Counted from the stretch's first letter, positions 1 through 21,771 are shown. The stretch: 64,000 nucleotides of DNA from an uncultured Gemmatimonadaceae bacterium (GCA_963829055.1 CAWHHI010000019.1:32001-96000), one strand, 5' to 3'. Notes: generated by a model from the sequence alone, not told the origin. Translations and numbers: made by a program.

Positions 1-199
1 TCCGCTCGCCTTTCTTCGATTCACGCGCGTTGCGCTGCTGTCCGTAGCCGAGTTCGACCGCCGCAAATCCGGCGACCGCCTTGTCCGTGACCTTGACCAC
101 GGGATTGGGCGGCGCCTCCACAACGGTCACGGGAATCTGCTCCCCGCGATCGTTGAACACCTGCGTCATACCGATCTTCTTGCCGATGATGCCGATCAT
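1..199 (-). CDS. rplC: 50S ribosomal protein L3 (N-terminal part; runs off window)
   Basis: Manual translation from ATG at 199: MIGIIGKKIGMTQVFNDRGEQIPVTVVEA, the L3 N-terminal motif; GAGGA RBS upstream; follows rpsJ. Confidence 0.95.
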   Translation of the reverse strand, partial: MIGIIGKKIGMTQVFNDRGEQIPVTVVEAPPNPVVKVTDKAVAGFAAVELGYGQQRNARESKKGER

Positions 200-272
200 G
201 ATTGTTCCTCTAAGTAGTCGCAGCCTGGACAGCGCCGTTAGGCACCCAGATCCATCGCGGCCGTAGGACCGT

Positions 273-340
273 GGGAGTGGGGACTCGGGAGCTGGGGACC
301 CGTGATAATGCCGAGTCCCCAATCCGCAGTCCCTAGTCCC
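273..340. repeat. Inverted pair of degenerate heptamer tandem repeats (GGGGACT-like / AGTCCCC-like)
   Basis: gggagtggggactcgggagctggggacc ... gagtccccaatccgcagtccctagtccc in the rpsJ-rplC spacer. Confidence 0.75.
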
Positions 341-343
341 TCT

Positions 344-652
344 TCATTCCACTTTGATCTCGACGTCGACGCCCGCCGGTAAATCCAGCTTCGTCAACGC
401 GTCGACCGTCTGCGCGCGCGAATCGAGAATGTCGATCACTCGCTTGTGCGTCTTGAGCTCGAACTGCTCCCGCGACTTCTTGTCGACGTGCGGAGAGCGA
501 AGCACCGTCCACCGCTGCGTCTTCGTGGGCAGCGGAATCGGCCCCGACACCTGAGCGCCCGTCTTCTCCGCCGTCCGCACGATGTCCGCGGACGCCTGGT
601 CGATGACGGCGTGGTCGAACGCCTTGAGACGGATTCGAATTCGTCCAGCCAT
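344..652 (-). CDS. rpsJ: 30S ribosomal protein S10
   Basis: [31 protein letters not shown] motifs. Confidence 0.99.
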   Translation of the reverse strand: MAGRIRIRLKAFDHAVIDQASADIVRTAEKTGAQVSGPIPLPTKTQRWTVLRSPHVDKKSREQFELKTHKRVIDILDSRAQTVDALTKLDLPAGVDVEIKVE

Positions 653-660
653 GTTCGTTA

Positions 661-742
661 GGGACTGAGGGACTGGGGATAGGGAATGGGAACCGGGATC
701 TCGGAATCGCGATCGAGTCCCGAGTCCCCAGTCCCTAGTCCC
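661..742. repeat. Inverted pair of heptamer tandem repeats filling the tuf-rpsJ spacer
   Basis: gggactgagggactggggatagggaatgggaaccggga ... gagtcccgagtccccagtccctagtccc. Confidence 0.8.
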
Positions 743-1945
743 TTACTTCAGGATCTTCGTTACGACGCCAGCGCCGACCGTGCGTCCGCCCTCGCGGATC
801 GCGAAGCGGAGCTGCTCTTCCATGGCGATTGGCGTGATCAGCTCGATCACCATCTGGATGTTGTCGCCCGGCATGACCATCTCCGTCCCTTCCGGAAGCT
901 CGACCGATCCGGTCACGTCCGTGGTGCGGAAGTAGAACTGCGGGCGGTAGCCCTTGAAGAACGGCGTGTGGCGGCCGCCCTCTTCCTTCGTGAGGACGTA
1001 CACCTCGGCCTCGAACTTCGTGTGCGGAGGAATGGAACCCGGCTTGGCGAGCACCATACCGCGCTCGATTTCCTTCTTGTCGATACCGCGGAGCAGCAAG
1101 CCGACGTTGTCGCCCGCCTCACCGCTGTCGAGCAGCTTGCGGAACATCTCGACGCCCGTGACGACCGACTTCTTGGACGCCTCGAAACCCACCAGCTCGA
1201 CTTCCTCACCGACCTTCACGCGACCACGCTCGATACGGCCCGTCGCCACCGTGCCGCGACCCGTGATCGAGAACACGTCCTCGACCGGGAGCAGGAACGG
1301 CTTGTCGACTTCGCGAACCGGCTGCGGAATGAACGTGTCGAGCGCCTCGTACAACTCCTGGATCTTGGCGACCCACTGCGGATCGCCCTCGATCGCGCGG
1401 ATCGCGGCGCCACGAATGACCGGCGCGTCGTCGCCCGCGTAGTTGTACTTCGACAGCAGCTCACGCACTTCGAGCTCGACGAGGTCCAGCAGCTCGGCGT
1501 CCTCGACCAGGTCGCACTTGTTGAGGAACACGACGATACGCGGCACGTTCACCTGACGGGCGAGCAGGATGTGCTCGCGCGTCTGCGGCATCGGGCCGTC
1601 GACCGCGCTCACGACCAGGATCGCGCCGTCCATCTGCGCGGCACCCGTGATCATGTTCTTCACGTAGTCGGCGTGCCCTGGGCAGTCGACGTGCGCGTAA
1701 TGGCGGTTCGGCGTTTCGTATTCGACGTGGCTCGTCGCGATCGTCAGGATCTTCGTGGCATCACGACGTCCCTGCGACGCCGACGCTTTCGCGACTTCGT
1801 CGTACGAGATGTACTTGGTGCCGTATCCCTTGTCCGCCGAGATCTTCGTCAGGGCCGCCGTCAACGTCGTCTTTCCATGGTCGACGTGGCCAATCGTGCC
1901 GACGTTTACGTGCGGCTTCGTCCGCTCGAACTTTGCCTTAGCCAT
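743..1945 (-). CDS. tuf: Elongation factor Tu (fusA-linked copy)
   Basis: [25 protein letters not shown]; 400 aa; downstream of fusA. Confidence 0.99.
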   Translation of the reverse strand: MAKAKFERTKPHVNVGTIGHVDHGKTTLTAALTKISADKGYGTKYISYDEVAKASASQGRRDATKILTIATSHVEYETPNRHYAHVDCPGHADYVKNMITGAAQMDGAILVVSAVDGPMPQTREHILLARQVNVPRIVVFLNKCDLVEDAELLDLVELEVRELLSKYNYAGDDAPVIRGAAIRAIEGDPQWVAKIQELYEALDTFIPQPVREVDKPFLLPVEDVFSITGRGTVATGRIERGRVKVGEEVELVGFEASKKSVVTGVEMFRKLLDSGEAGDNVGLLLRGIDKKEIERGMVLAKPGSIPPHTKFEAEVYVLTKEEGGRHTPFFKGYRPQFYFRTTDVTGSVELPEGTEMVMPGDNIQMVIELITPIAMEEQLRFAIREGGRTVGAGVVTKILK

Positions 1946-1978
1946 TGTAGTGCTTCCTCTGAGAGTGTAACCCGAGGC

Positions 1979-4105
<2,127 letters not shown>

Positions 4106-4515
4106 ATCTGCAGACTGTTCGTCGTCGCTTCTTCTATCAGAAACTCGCGCTTGCGCAGCGAGCGGGTCTTCAATCAACAAAAACGCGGGTGGACCAGGCG
4201 TCCCTTAAACAGGGACCGGTATCCATCCGCCACCGCCGGGTGTACCCGCACTGAAGCACGGGTGGGGACCCAAGGCGCGCCAGTCGCTCTCTGGTCGAGA
4301 GATCCGTCGCAACGACTTCGCTACTGCGAAGGCCTTCGCTCGGGACTGACTGACGTCAAATTGTTCTGCGTCGGTGATCCAGGAACAGCGTCGCACTCGG
4401 TGCGAATGCCGTCGGCTCGACAACCTCGTCGGCGCGCAGCTCGCCGACCTTCGTGCTTCCGACACTCACTTCGCGCGAGACATTCTGCCCGAAGAAATAG
4501 TGCTGGAGCCGGGTA

Positions 4516-4543
4516 AATGTAGTCCCGCTAAGGGGGAAGTCAA
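4516..4543 (-). promoter_or_regulatory. Putative sigma70 promoter for fusA-tuf-rpsJ-rplC
   Basis: TTGACT (4543-4538), 16-nt spacer, TACATT (4521-4516) on minus strand, about 410 nt upstream of the fusA start. Confidence 0.55.
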
Positions 4544-4606
4544 TGCCACAGCACGGCGTATCTCAGCCGCGTGCAGGGGATCGCCACTGCCGCATCGACA
4601 CCGCAT

Positions 4607-5413
4607 CTAGTACTGCGATAGCGATCCCGCTCGTCGCGCATAACGAAATGCCCAGCGCAGCGCGACTACCCCGATCACAGCGTACGCCGCCGTCAGCGCA
4701 ATAAGCTGCACAAGGTCGCCGGTAACCGAGCTCAGGGGATACCCGAGTAGCAGCGTCTGCCGTAGCGCGCGCAACCCCGGCGTGAGCGGCAGCCACTCCG
4801 CCAGCGGTGCGACGGCCGCCGGCAACACGGACGTCGGGAAGTACACGCCCCCCAACAACGTCGACAGCACCAGCATTCCCTGCGGAATCGCGGCGTTGGT
4901 GCGGAACGACACGACCAGTGCGGCGGCGACCAAGCCGACTCCGACATACGCGACGAGGACCGCGACCAGGATGATCAACGCCTCGGGCAGCCGCAGCCAG
5001 TGAACGTCCACGCCCAACAACACCCCGGCGAGCATCAGCAGCACCACGCGCGCCGTCGCCCAGGCGAACGCGTACCCGGTCTGGCCGGCGAGCAGCGCCG
5101 GCAACGACGTCGGGGTCACCAGCAGCGCTTCGAAGAACCCGCTCGACAGCCCGCCGCTCACCGCCAATGCGAACGACGACAGCGCGGGCGAGACGAACGT
5201 CAGCAGCGCCGTTCCGAGGAGCACGAAGCCGAGATACTCTCGCCCTTCTTTCGCGATCACGTCTGCCATGAACGGCTGGAGCGCGTTCGCCAAGAAGTAG
5301 ACCGGAACGATCGTCACCAGCAGCGAGGCGAACGAAAGCACGAAGGAGACGCGGTAACTCTTGGCGGTACGCCACGAGGCACGCGTCAACGCCAGCGCGG
5401 CGCGGGCGCTCAT
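4607..5413 (-). CDS. ABC-2 type exporter permease
   Basis: Hydrophobic ~268 aa starting MSARAALAL, with LGGVYFP and WLPLT motifs; ATG overlaps the ATPase stop (ATGA at 5410-5413). Confidence 0.85.
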   Translation of the reverse strand: MSARAALALTRASWRTAKSYRVSFVLSFASLLVTIVPVYFLANALQPFMADVIAKEGREYLGFVLLGTALLTFVSPALSSFALAVSGGLSSGFFEALLVTPTSLPALLAGQTGYAFAWATARVVLLMLAGVLLGVDVHWLRLPEALIILVAVLVAYVGVGLVAAALVVSFRTNAAIPQGMLVLSTLLGGVYFPTSVLPAAVAPLAEWLPLTPGLRALRQTLLLGYPLSSVTGDLVQLIALTAAYAVIGVVALRWAFRYARRAGSLSQY

Positions 5414-6442
5414 CGACGCCCACTCCTGCCAATCGCTCGCTCGATGATCTCGCGCGAGTGGCGCAACGACACGCTCGAATCTCGCGATGGGCATCCCGGC
5501 CGCGATGAGCGTGGCGAGCATCTCACGAGCGGCGTCATCGCCGCCGTCGACTTCGACATCCACACGCCACCACTTTCCGCCGTCCGAGCGGACGGCGACA
5601 CGCCGCGCTTTGCCGGCCGCGACCAGCTCTTCCAACGCGGAGTGATTCGGCTCGAGCGTCCACGCGGAGTAGCGAGAACCGAGCAGCGACGCTGCCAGCG
5701 CCGGGGTGCTCCCAGTCGCCGCCACTCGGCCACGATTCATCACGACGACGCGGTCGCATAGCTCGAAGGCTTCCTCGCTCCGGTGCGTCGCCACGAGCAC
5801 AGCACAGCCGCGCCGGCCGGCGAGCTCCTCGCGAAGAAACGAACGAAAGGCGTGCGCCGCCGTCGGGTCGAGGCTGCGCGTCGGCTCATCGAGCAGCAAC
5901 ACACGTGGGTGACCGAGCAACGCGCGCGCGACGAGCAGCCGCTGCATCATGCCGGCTGAGAACTGGCCGACCATTTTGCGACCGGCGTCGGCCAGACCTA
6001 CGACGTCGAGTGCATCCGCGACCCGCGTATCCGTGTCGCGTGCGGGTAACGGCAGGAGCGCCGCGAACAGCTCGAGATTCTCCCGAGCGGATAGGCGCCA
6101 GTAGAGACTACGTTCGTTGGCCAACACCAATGCAATCATCTTGCGAACGCTGGCTGCTTCGTCCACGACATCGTATCCGGCAACCGTGGCAGAACCCCGG
6201 TCCGGCGTGATGAGCGTCGCCAGGATCTTGAGAAGCGTCGTCTTCCCTGCCCCGTTGGGCCCGAGTAGTCCGACGAACTCACCGGCGAACACTTCGAGCG
6301 AAACGTCCGCAATGGCGGGCGACGGCGGGCCGCCCATAGGGCGGCGCAGCACGTCCACCAGCGATCGGGCGGTCGGAAACTGTTTCCACAGATCGACCAC
6401 CCGGATCAGCGGTTCGTCGTTAGGCGCGGAAACCGCCGTCAT
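5410..6442 (-). CDS. ABC exporter ATP-binding subunit (apparent +1 frameshift near 5452 creates a false fusion with the permease)
   Basis: GPNGAGKTT, FSAGMMQR, LLLDEPT; removing one base gives ...PLAEIIERAIGRSGRR* ending on the permease ATG. Confidence 0.85.
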
Positions 6443-6720
6443 GACGCCGCGGCCATGGCCCGCGGGTCCTGTGAGGACCGGTGCCAAGCGATGAACGTGG
6501 CCGCGACCCGGTCCAGCGTCGTTAGGTCGCGACGGACTTCGGCTGCGTACACGGGAACGGCCGCCGTCATCCCGCTGCCCGGCAAGCGGGTACGGTCGTC
6601 GCTGCAACGGCGTGCGGCGTTTCGACATGCCAGACTGGAGCGCTGCTTCGCAGCCTGGGCGAGCTCGAGAAGGTCGAAGTCACAGTCGAGTCGAAATCCG
6701 AACGCAGCGTATCTAGCCAC
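6439..6720 (-). pseudogene. Short ORF resembling the joined N- and C-termini of an HPr-kinase-like protein of PqqD/lasso clusters (internal part missing)
   Basis: N-term ARYAAFGFRLDCDFDLLEL and C-term VPVYAAEVRRDLTTLDRVAATFIAWH resemble those kinase termini from memory; no P-loop; stop overlaps the ABC ATG. Confidence 0.4.
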
Positions 6721-6949
6721 GGCACCCAGTAAGGAAATGCTCTCTCGGAATACACTGCGGGAACGTGGCTCCGCACGAATCGATTTCTGATCGCGCACCG
6801 CCGCTCCAGGTGGCAACGGCGAGACCACGCCGCGAATCGCCCCCAACTTAGCCGGCACGTCTCGGCACCGTAGGCTTCGAACCTCCAGTGTGGCGACGAG
6901 CGATAGAGACCGTCCAGGCAGACGCGGCGTGGAAATGGCAGCGCTCGAT

Positions 6950-7402
6950 TCAGCTTCGTTGGTGCACGTCCAGATCTGTCAGCGGCACGAACGACCCAAC
7001 GTGCTCATCGACGTCGGCCAGCGTTTCGCCGGCCAACTCGACCCACGCGTGCGCGAGGAATTGCCCGCCGGCGCGGCGCACACCGACACGCACGACAGCA
7101 CCATCGATCCCACGGTCGGCCAACATCCGTGACAAAGCCATGGATCGCACGAGGCACTGAGGACGGAACACCCCGAATCGCGCAGCTCGCATGACCGCCA
7201 GTGCGAGCCTACGCGCTTCCGCCAACCGTCGCGGGTCGGAATCCTTTGCCGCCGTCGCAGGCGTCGCCAAGGAGCCGACCGGCTCCCGTCGAAGCTTTCC
7301 CTGTGCGACGAGCAAGGCCCACTGTGCCTGGAACAGCTCGCGCCACTCGGCAACAGAGAGTGTCGACAGCTTACGCGCGATGTGCGCAGGCGAAGGAGCC
7401 AC
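6950..7402 (-). CDS. Lasso peptide biosynthesis B2-type leader peptidase (transglutaminase-like)
   Basis: QCLVRSMAL (catalytic Cys), VRVGVRR, AHAWVE (catalytic His); adjacent to PqqD. Confidence 0.88.
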   Translation of the reverse strand: MAPSPAHIARKLSTLSVAEWRELFQAQWALLVAQGKLRREPVGSLATPATAAKDSDPRRLAEARRLALAVMRAARFGVFRPQCLVRSMALSRMLADRGIDGAVVRVGVRRAGGQFLAHAWVELAGETLADVDEHVGSFVPLTDLDVHQRS

Positions 7403-7408
7403 TGATCG

Positions 7409-7714
7409 TCAGGTCGAGGCCGCGACGACCAACCCGCTAGCGATCAGCGCGTGGAGAAATTCCTGGGCGTCCATGCGGATCTGTTCGGCGCCGGCGTCCG
7501 GATACTTCTGCTCCAGCGCGGTACACAACTCTCCAAACGTGCTGGAGAGCGGCGGCAGCAGCGCCCAGATTTGCGCGCCGACCGGGTTCACACCGAAGTA
7601 CACCTCGTCGGCGGTGGACAGCAGCACGCCACCTTCGTCGAGCTCCTTGAAGATGGCGGCGGGGCTGGGGTGCGGCAGGGGGTAGTCGGCGCTGAGAGCA
7701 GTGGATTCAGGCAC
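7409..7714 (-). CDS. PqqD-family RiPP recognition element (lasso B1-like)
   Basis: ~101 aa: ELDEGGVLL..EVYFGVNPVGAQIWALL..LEQKYPDA..IRMDAQEFLHALIASGLV, a typical PqqD/RRE pattern; GTG start at 7714. Confidence 0.88.
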   Translation of the reverse strand: MPESTALSADYPLPHPSPAAIFKELDEGGVLLSTADEVYFGVNPVGAQIWALLPPLSSTFGELCTALEQKYPDAGAEQIRMDAQEFLHALIASGLVVAAST

Positions 7715-7926
7715 GGATCGGGAGTGGCGATGATGAGTCTGCGCAACGACTGCTGCCGGTGACCGACACGAGCGTCGATGACCAGACGGACAGCCAACCA
7801 ATTGCAGTGTCGACGATTCGCCGGACATCCGGCGTAGCCCGCGACGACAAGCAACGTATCGATGGACGTCGGGGGTGCACAATTCACGCCCTCAACGACC
7901 TCGGCCTGAGCATCGGCTGAACGCAG

Positions 7927-7960
7927 CGCGCCCCGCCGGTCTCGAGACCGGCGGGGCGCG
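7927..7960. terminator. Perfect 34-bp GC-rich palindrome downstream of rpsG (possible terminator); a second hairpin lies at 7965-7995
   Basis: cgcgccccgccggtctc|gagaccggcggggcgcg; no clear U-tract. Confidence 0.55.
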
Positions 7961-7998
7961 GAGTACAGGACCGGCGGGGGGCCGGACGGTCCTGTGTA

Positions 7999-8465
7999 CT
8001 ACCAGCGATAGTGGGCGAACGCCTTGTTGGCTTCGGCCATGCGGTGCGTGTCTTCCTTCTTCTTCACCGCGTTGCCCTCGCCCTTCGACGCCGCGATGAC
8101 TTCAGCCGCGAGCTTCTCGGCCATGGACTTCTCGTTGCGATCGCGCGAGTAGCCGATAAGCCAGCGCATGGCGAGCGCGGTACGGCGCTCTGGACGGACT
8201 TCGACCGGCACCTGATACGTGGCGCCGCCAACACGTCGGCTCTTGACCTCGACCACAGGCTTCAGGTTCGCGAGCGCCTGCTTGAATACGTTCACGCCAG
8301 GCTGACTGGTGCGAGACTCGACGAGGTCCATCGCGCCGTAGAACACGCGCTCGGCCGTCGACTTCTTGCCCTGCAGCATGATGGCGTTGATGAACTTCGA
8401 AACGGTCTGGCTGTCGTAGCGCGCATCGGGTAGTACGGGGCGCTTGACCGACTTTTTGCGACGGC

Positions 8466-8469
<4 letters not shown>
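7999..8469 (-). CDS. rpsG: 30S ribosomal protein S7
   Basis: [26 protein letters not shown]. Confidence 0.99.
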
Positions 8470-8861
<392 letters not shown>

Positions 8862-8916
8862 ACCCTCGAGGTCTCGCTGACGCACTCGCCCGTATTTTCG
8901 GGCGAGACAGACTCGC

Positions 8917-8945
8917 ATAATATCGGCGAAGTCAACATGCGTCAA
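8917..8945 (-). promoter_or_regulatory. Sigma70-type promoter of rpsL-rpsG
   Basis: TTGACG, 17-nt spacer, TATTAT on minus strand; leader hairpin ctcgcccg-tatttt-cgggcgag at 8885-8906. Confidence 0.7.
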
Positions 8946-8981
8946 GGCGTTGGGCACGCTGTCCGGGCACTGGAAGGCACC

Positions 8982-10443
8982 TCACAAGGCCTTCGCCAGT
9001 GCTGACGAACCGGCAAGCGCGGGCAACGCGTCGCGAGCCCGAACGCCCGCCTCGAACGCACCGAGGAGGTGGGCGATGCTGTTGGCATAGTAGCTCACCA
9101 GCGGCCGGCCCCGTGTCAGTACGAGGTACCCGTTGCCCTCGCGGATCAGCACGCGGCGCATCGTCAGCATCCGATCGGCTCGATCGAACGTCTCCTCGAT
9201 GGACCGATCTGCGCGCAGGACGCGCGCGTTGAGCTCGACGAGGACGTCCCGCATGTCGCGCATCCGCTCCAGTAGCCGATCGCGCGGAATGTAGTCAGCA
9301 TCGAAGCTCTGAATGGCGGCGCAGGCCAGCGGAACAGGCGTCACTGGTATCAGCTCGGCAATGCGGCCCAGGACGTCGTCAACGAGCTGTTGCACGCGGC
9401 CCAGTCGTTCGCTGCGCTCGAGCGCGAAGAACTCCGTTCCATCCGCGCGTGTCGACGCGAGCCAATCGCTCGCTCGGATGGGCCGTCCGATCGTGACCGC
9501 CGCGCGTCCATAACGCTTCCAGCGGCCGGCGCCCAGTCGCGCGAGGTTCCAGCCGACGTACCGCACCACCTCGCTCAACTGGGTGAGGCGGGGCGTGCGA
9601 GCGCCAGACTCCCGCTTCGCCAATTCGCGCAGCAACGACCTGTCTTCGAGCACGCGATCGTAGTTCAGGGCGACCGGGATGATGACCAGTCGCCGCTCGA
9701 AATCCGGATCACGCGCCACGCCGAGCACATAGTCGATGAGACCGACTTTCCCGTGCGCGGAGCTTTCCGTCGCGAGTGAGCCCGCCTTCGGGAAAGACTC
9801 CCTGCGTGACCCCGTTGCGCGTGATGAGCTGGACGTACTGCTCGAGCACCGTGTGGTAGAGCGGCTCGCGATACCGTCGTCGAATGAAATACGAGCCGAA
9901 GCTCTTGAACACGTACTCCAGCGGGAACGCGCGCGCCCATTCGCCCACCGCATACGAGATCGAGACGTCTCCCGCGAGCACGTAGGCGAGCAGTACGTAG
10001 TCAGCGTTCGACCGGTGGTTGGCCAGGTAGAGAACCACGGCGTCGCGGGGAAGCTCATCGAGCTCGCTCAACGCCTGGTAGTCGACGCTTACCTTGTACA
10101 GCATGTTCAGCGTCGCACGACTCGCCGCGTACCCGAACTTGTAGTACGCGAGGATGTTGAAAAACGGGACGATCTCGTCGATGTACTGCCTGACGAGTCG
10201 CCACGCTTCGTCATCGCTCAGGCCCTGCTCGCTCGCGTGCCGCCTGACCGCCTCCGCGATGACGCCGTTACCGAGTAGCGTATCGCGGATATAGCCTTTT
10301 CGCGTCAGCTTGAAGCGATTGACGCGTGCGCCAAAGCGATGCACGACGCGCACGGTCGCACGGTCCGCCCAGCGCCGCGCGAGCCAGAGCGCGACGAGCC
10401 CCGCGAGCGGCAGCGAGAGCAGGACGATCGTCAGCGTGAGCAC
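8982..10443 (-). CDS. Glycerol-3-phosphate/lysophospholipid acyltransferase (PlsB/PlsC family), apparent +1 frameshift near 9753
   Basis: NHRSNADY (HX4D), FPEGGLTRDGKL in ORF 9709-10443; continues as GKVGLIDY..IIPVALNYDRV in ORF 8982-10058. Confidence 0.8.
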
Positions 10444-10551
10444 AGGCCAAACGTCCGTGGCCCTGCGTCCGCGGTCAAGCCGGTGTTGACGGCGCGTGCG
10501 CGCGTGCCATGTTGAAGCGCCCGCATCTCACACCGCCCGTGACCGAGGACA

Positions 10552-11462
10552 GTGATGCCGCGCCACCAGACGGCCGTCGTTTCGCGCGTACCCCTTCCCT
10601 CCACCCCGCGGCGCCGGCGCCGCGCTAGCCGCGCACTGCTTGTCACGGTCGCGCTCGCGATCTCGTCGCGCGCTGGGGCGCAGGCCGAGCTTCAGGGGCA
10701 TGTCTTCGCCGAGGGCGACCGTCGCCCGCTGACGAACGCAGAGGTCGCGGTGCCGCGCCTGAACCTCCGCACGTTGTCGGACTCGTTAGGCCGCTATCGG
10801 TTGCAGAGCATTCCGCGCGGCGAGCACCTCGTCGTCACACGGGCCGTGGGCTTTCGCCCCGACTCGGCGCTGACGGTGTTCGACGGTGACGAGGCGCTCA
10901 TCAATGACGTCCGCCTCAAGGTTCAACTCAATACGCTTCCCACGGTCGCCGTACGCGAGGCCAGCACTCCAGTCGTGCGAGGGAAGATGGCCGCGTACGA
11001 GGAACGGAAAGCCGCTGGCATCGGGCACTTCATCGATCGCGAGCTCCTGGCGAAGGATGAGAATCGCAAGCTGGGCGACATTCTCGCGATCCAACGTTCC
11101 GGGGCTCAGCGATCTATCGCGGCGGCGAGCTCGAAGTCATGGGCTGCGAGCGGACGCACGACCAGGGCAGCGCGAAATGCGCAATGTGCCGGTGTCTCGA
11201 AGACCGAAATGCTCGATCGCCTTCGACATCGCCGCAGGCGCGCCACTCGCGTGCTACCTCGACGTATATCTCGACGGAGCGCAGGTCTACAACTCGTCGG
11301 CGCGCGGAGACGCCGCTGTTCAACCTCGAACAGCATCGAGCCGACGAGAGATTCAGGCGATCGAGGTGTACACGGAGCGCGGCACAGATTCCGGCGCAGT
11401 ACAACAAGACGTCGGGCGGCTGCGGCGTCATGCTGATCTGGACGCGCACCGGTGGTCGTTAG
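10552..11462 (+). CDS. Secreted carboxypeptidase-regulatory-like domain plus TonB-plug-like domain protein (several frameshifts)
   Basis: Signal-like N-term, LQGHV..PLTNAEV..TLSDSLGRYRL, YEERKAAGIGHFIDRE, CYLDVYLDG, IQAIEVY, GCGVMLIWTR*, spread over three frames. Confidence 0.7.
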
Positions 11463-11507
11463 GCACTCTGCTCGGCGCTGTCGCGAACATGTCGCTCGTG
11501 GATGACA

Positions 11508-11543
11508 GAAACCCCTGGGAGGCCAAAGCCTCCCAGGGGTTTC
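11508..11543. terminator. Bidirectional intrinsic terminator between rpoC and the convergent gene
   Basis: GAAACCCCTGGGAGGC-CAAA-GCCTCCCAGGGGTTTC, a perfect 16-bp stem. Confidence 0.85.
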
Positions 11544-11589
11544 GTTGTTTCGGTTCCCCGTTACCGGGTCCCGGTTCCCGCTCGTTCTA

Positions 11590-15915
<4,326 letters not shown>

Positions 15916-15918
15916 CGC

Positions 15919-20524
<4,606 letters not shown>

Positions 20525-20669
20525 GTATCATCACCCGCGCGCAGGCGAAAACCGCCTCGTCCCCGGCCGCATCGCGAATTTGCGACGGCCGGAGCGAGGC
20601 AGAAAGAACTTCGTTTGTCGAGCGAAATTTGTTGTTAGGCACTAGTGGTCGCGGTGAAAGTGAGTGCGA

Positions 20670-20761
20670 CGGGGAACCGGGAACCGGGAAGTGGGAACCG
20701 AGGTTGCCTGCAGCTCGCTGCAGGCAGCGCCGTTCCCACGTTCCCTGGTCCCCAGTTCCCG
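20670..20761. repeat. Inverted pair of GGGAACC-type heptamer tandem repeats in the rplL-rpoB spacer
   Basis: cggggaaccgggaaccgggaagtgggaacc ... gttcccacgttccctggtccccagttcccg, enclosing a gcctgcagc/gctgcaggc hairpin. Confidence 0.8.
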
Positions 20762-20767
20762 TCTTCC

Positions 20768-21169
20768 TCACTTCACCTCGACGACCGCGCCCTGCTCTTC
20801 CAGCTTGGCCTTGACTGCGGCCGCTTCATCCTTCGTGACGCCCGCCTTCACGACCTGCGGTGCGCCATCGACGAGGTCCTTCGCCTCCTTGAGGCCCAGA
20901 CCCGTCAGCTCACGTACGACCTTGATGACCTGAATCTTCTTCGCGCCGGCTTCCTTGAGCGTGACGTTGAATTCCGTCTGCTCTTCGACCGCGGGAGCGG
21001 CGCCACCACCAGCACCGCCGCCTGCCGGTGCCGCACCGCCCACCGGGGCGGCAGCGATGGTGACATTGAACTTCGTCTTGAACGCCTCGATCAGCTCGGC
21101 GAGTTCGAAGACCGACATGTTGCCGATGGCGTCGAGAATCTCGTCCTTGCTCAGCGTCGCGTTGGCCAT
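20768..21169 (-). CDS. rplL: 50S ribosomal protein L7/L12
   Basis: [27 protein letters not shown]. Confidence 0.99.
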   Translation of the reverse strand: MANATLSKDEILDAIGNMSVFELAELIEAFKTKFNVTIAAAPVGGAAPAGGGAGGGAAPAVEEQTEFNVTLKEAGAKKIQVIKVVRELTGLGLKEAKDLVDGAPQVVKAGVTKDEAAAVKAKLEEQGAVVEVK

Positions 21170-21243
21170 GGTAAGTATCTCCTCAGGTAGAACCCAGGCG
21201 TTCCTGGGGCGTTAGTTAGCGAATCAGGCTAAGCGCCTGGGTT

Positions 21244-21765
21244 TTACGCGGCCGCGCTTTCCTTCTGCGTCCGCAGCGCCTCGAGGGCGCCGACCATCAT
21301 GTACATCATTCCATTCAACGCGCCGACGAAAGCTGCCATCGGCGACTGCAGGCCGGCGCCGAGCTCCGCGAGCATCTGCTCTCGCGAGGGCATCGAAGCG
21401 AGCTTCTTCACCTGCGCCGTGTCGATCGCGACCCCTTCGAGCAGGCCGCCCTTCACGACCGGCTTCTGGTCGTTCTCCTTCGCGAAGTCGCTGAGCAGCT
21501 TCGCCGCGGCGACGGGATCACGGCTCACGACCACGCCGGTCGGGCCGCGAAGCCGCGAGCCTGCGAGGCCACCGTCGTTGATCGCGCGCAACGCCAGCGT
21601 GTTCTTGATGACCACGTAGTCCACACCGGCCTTTCGCAGGCGGCGGCGGAGCTCGGTCATCCGCTTCACGTTCAATCCCGTGAAGTCGGTGTAGTAGAGC
21701 GCTTTCGCACCCTTGATCTTGTCGGTCAGCTCAGTGACGAGCTGCTGCTTCTCGGTTCTGTTCAT
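21244..21765 (-). CDS. rplJ: 50S ribosomal protein L10
   Basis: DFTGLNV, VIKNTL, LASMPSREQMLA; position between rplA and rplL. Confidence 0.97.
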   Translation of the reverse strand: MNRTEKQQLVTELTDKIKGAKALYYTDFTGLNVKRMTELRRRLRKAGVDYVVIKNTLALRAINDGGLAGSRLRGPTGVVVSRDPVAAAKLLSDFAKENDQKPVVKGGLLEGVAIDTAQVKKLASMPSREQMLAELGAGLQSPMAAFVGALNGMMYMMVGALEALRTQKESAAA

Positions 21766-21771
21766 CGCTCG

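Noticed and set aside
4607..6628. 673-aa ABC ATPase-permease fusion
   Set aside because: Removing one base near 5452 gives two normal genes with an ATGA overlap; the N-terminal 62 aa of the ORF are not protein-like.
7707..7880. 57-aa ORF upstream of PqqD as lasso precursor (ends VTGSSRCADSSSPLPIRA)
   Set aside because: No YxxP leader motif, Thr is not at -2 of a plausible core, and there is no clear RBS. Not supportable, though not excluded.
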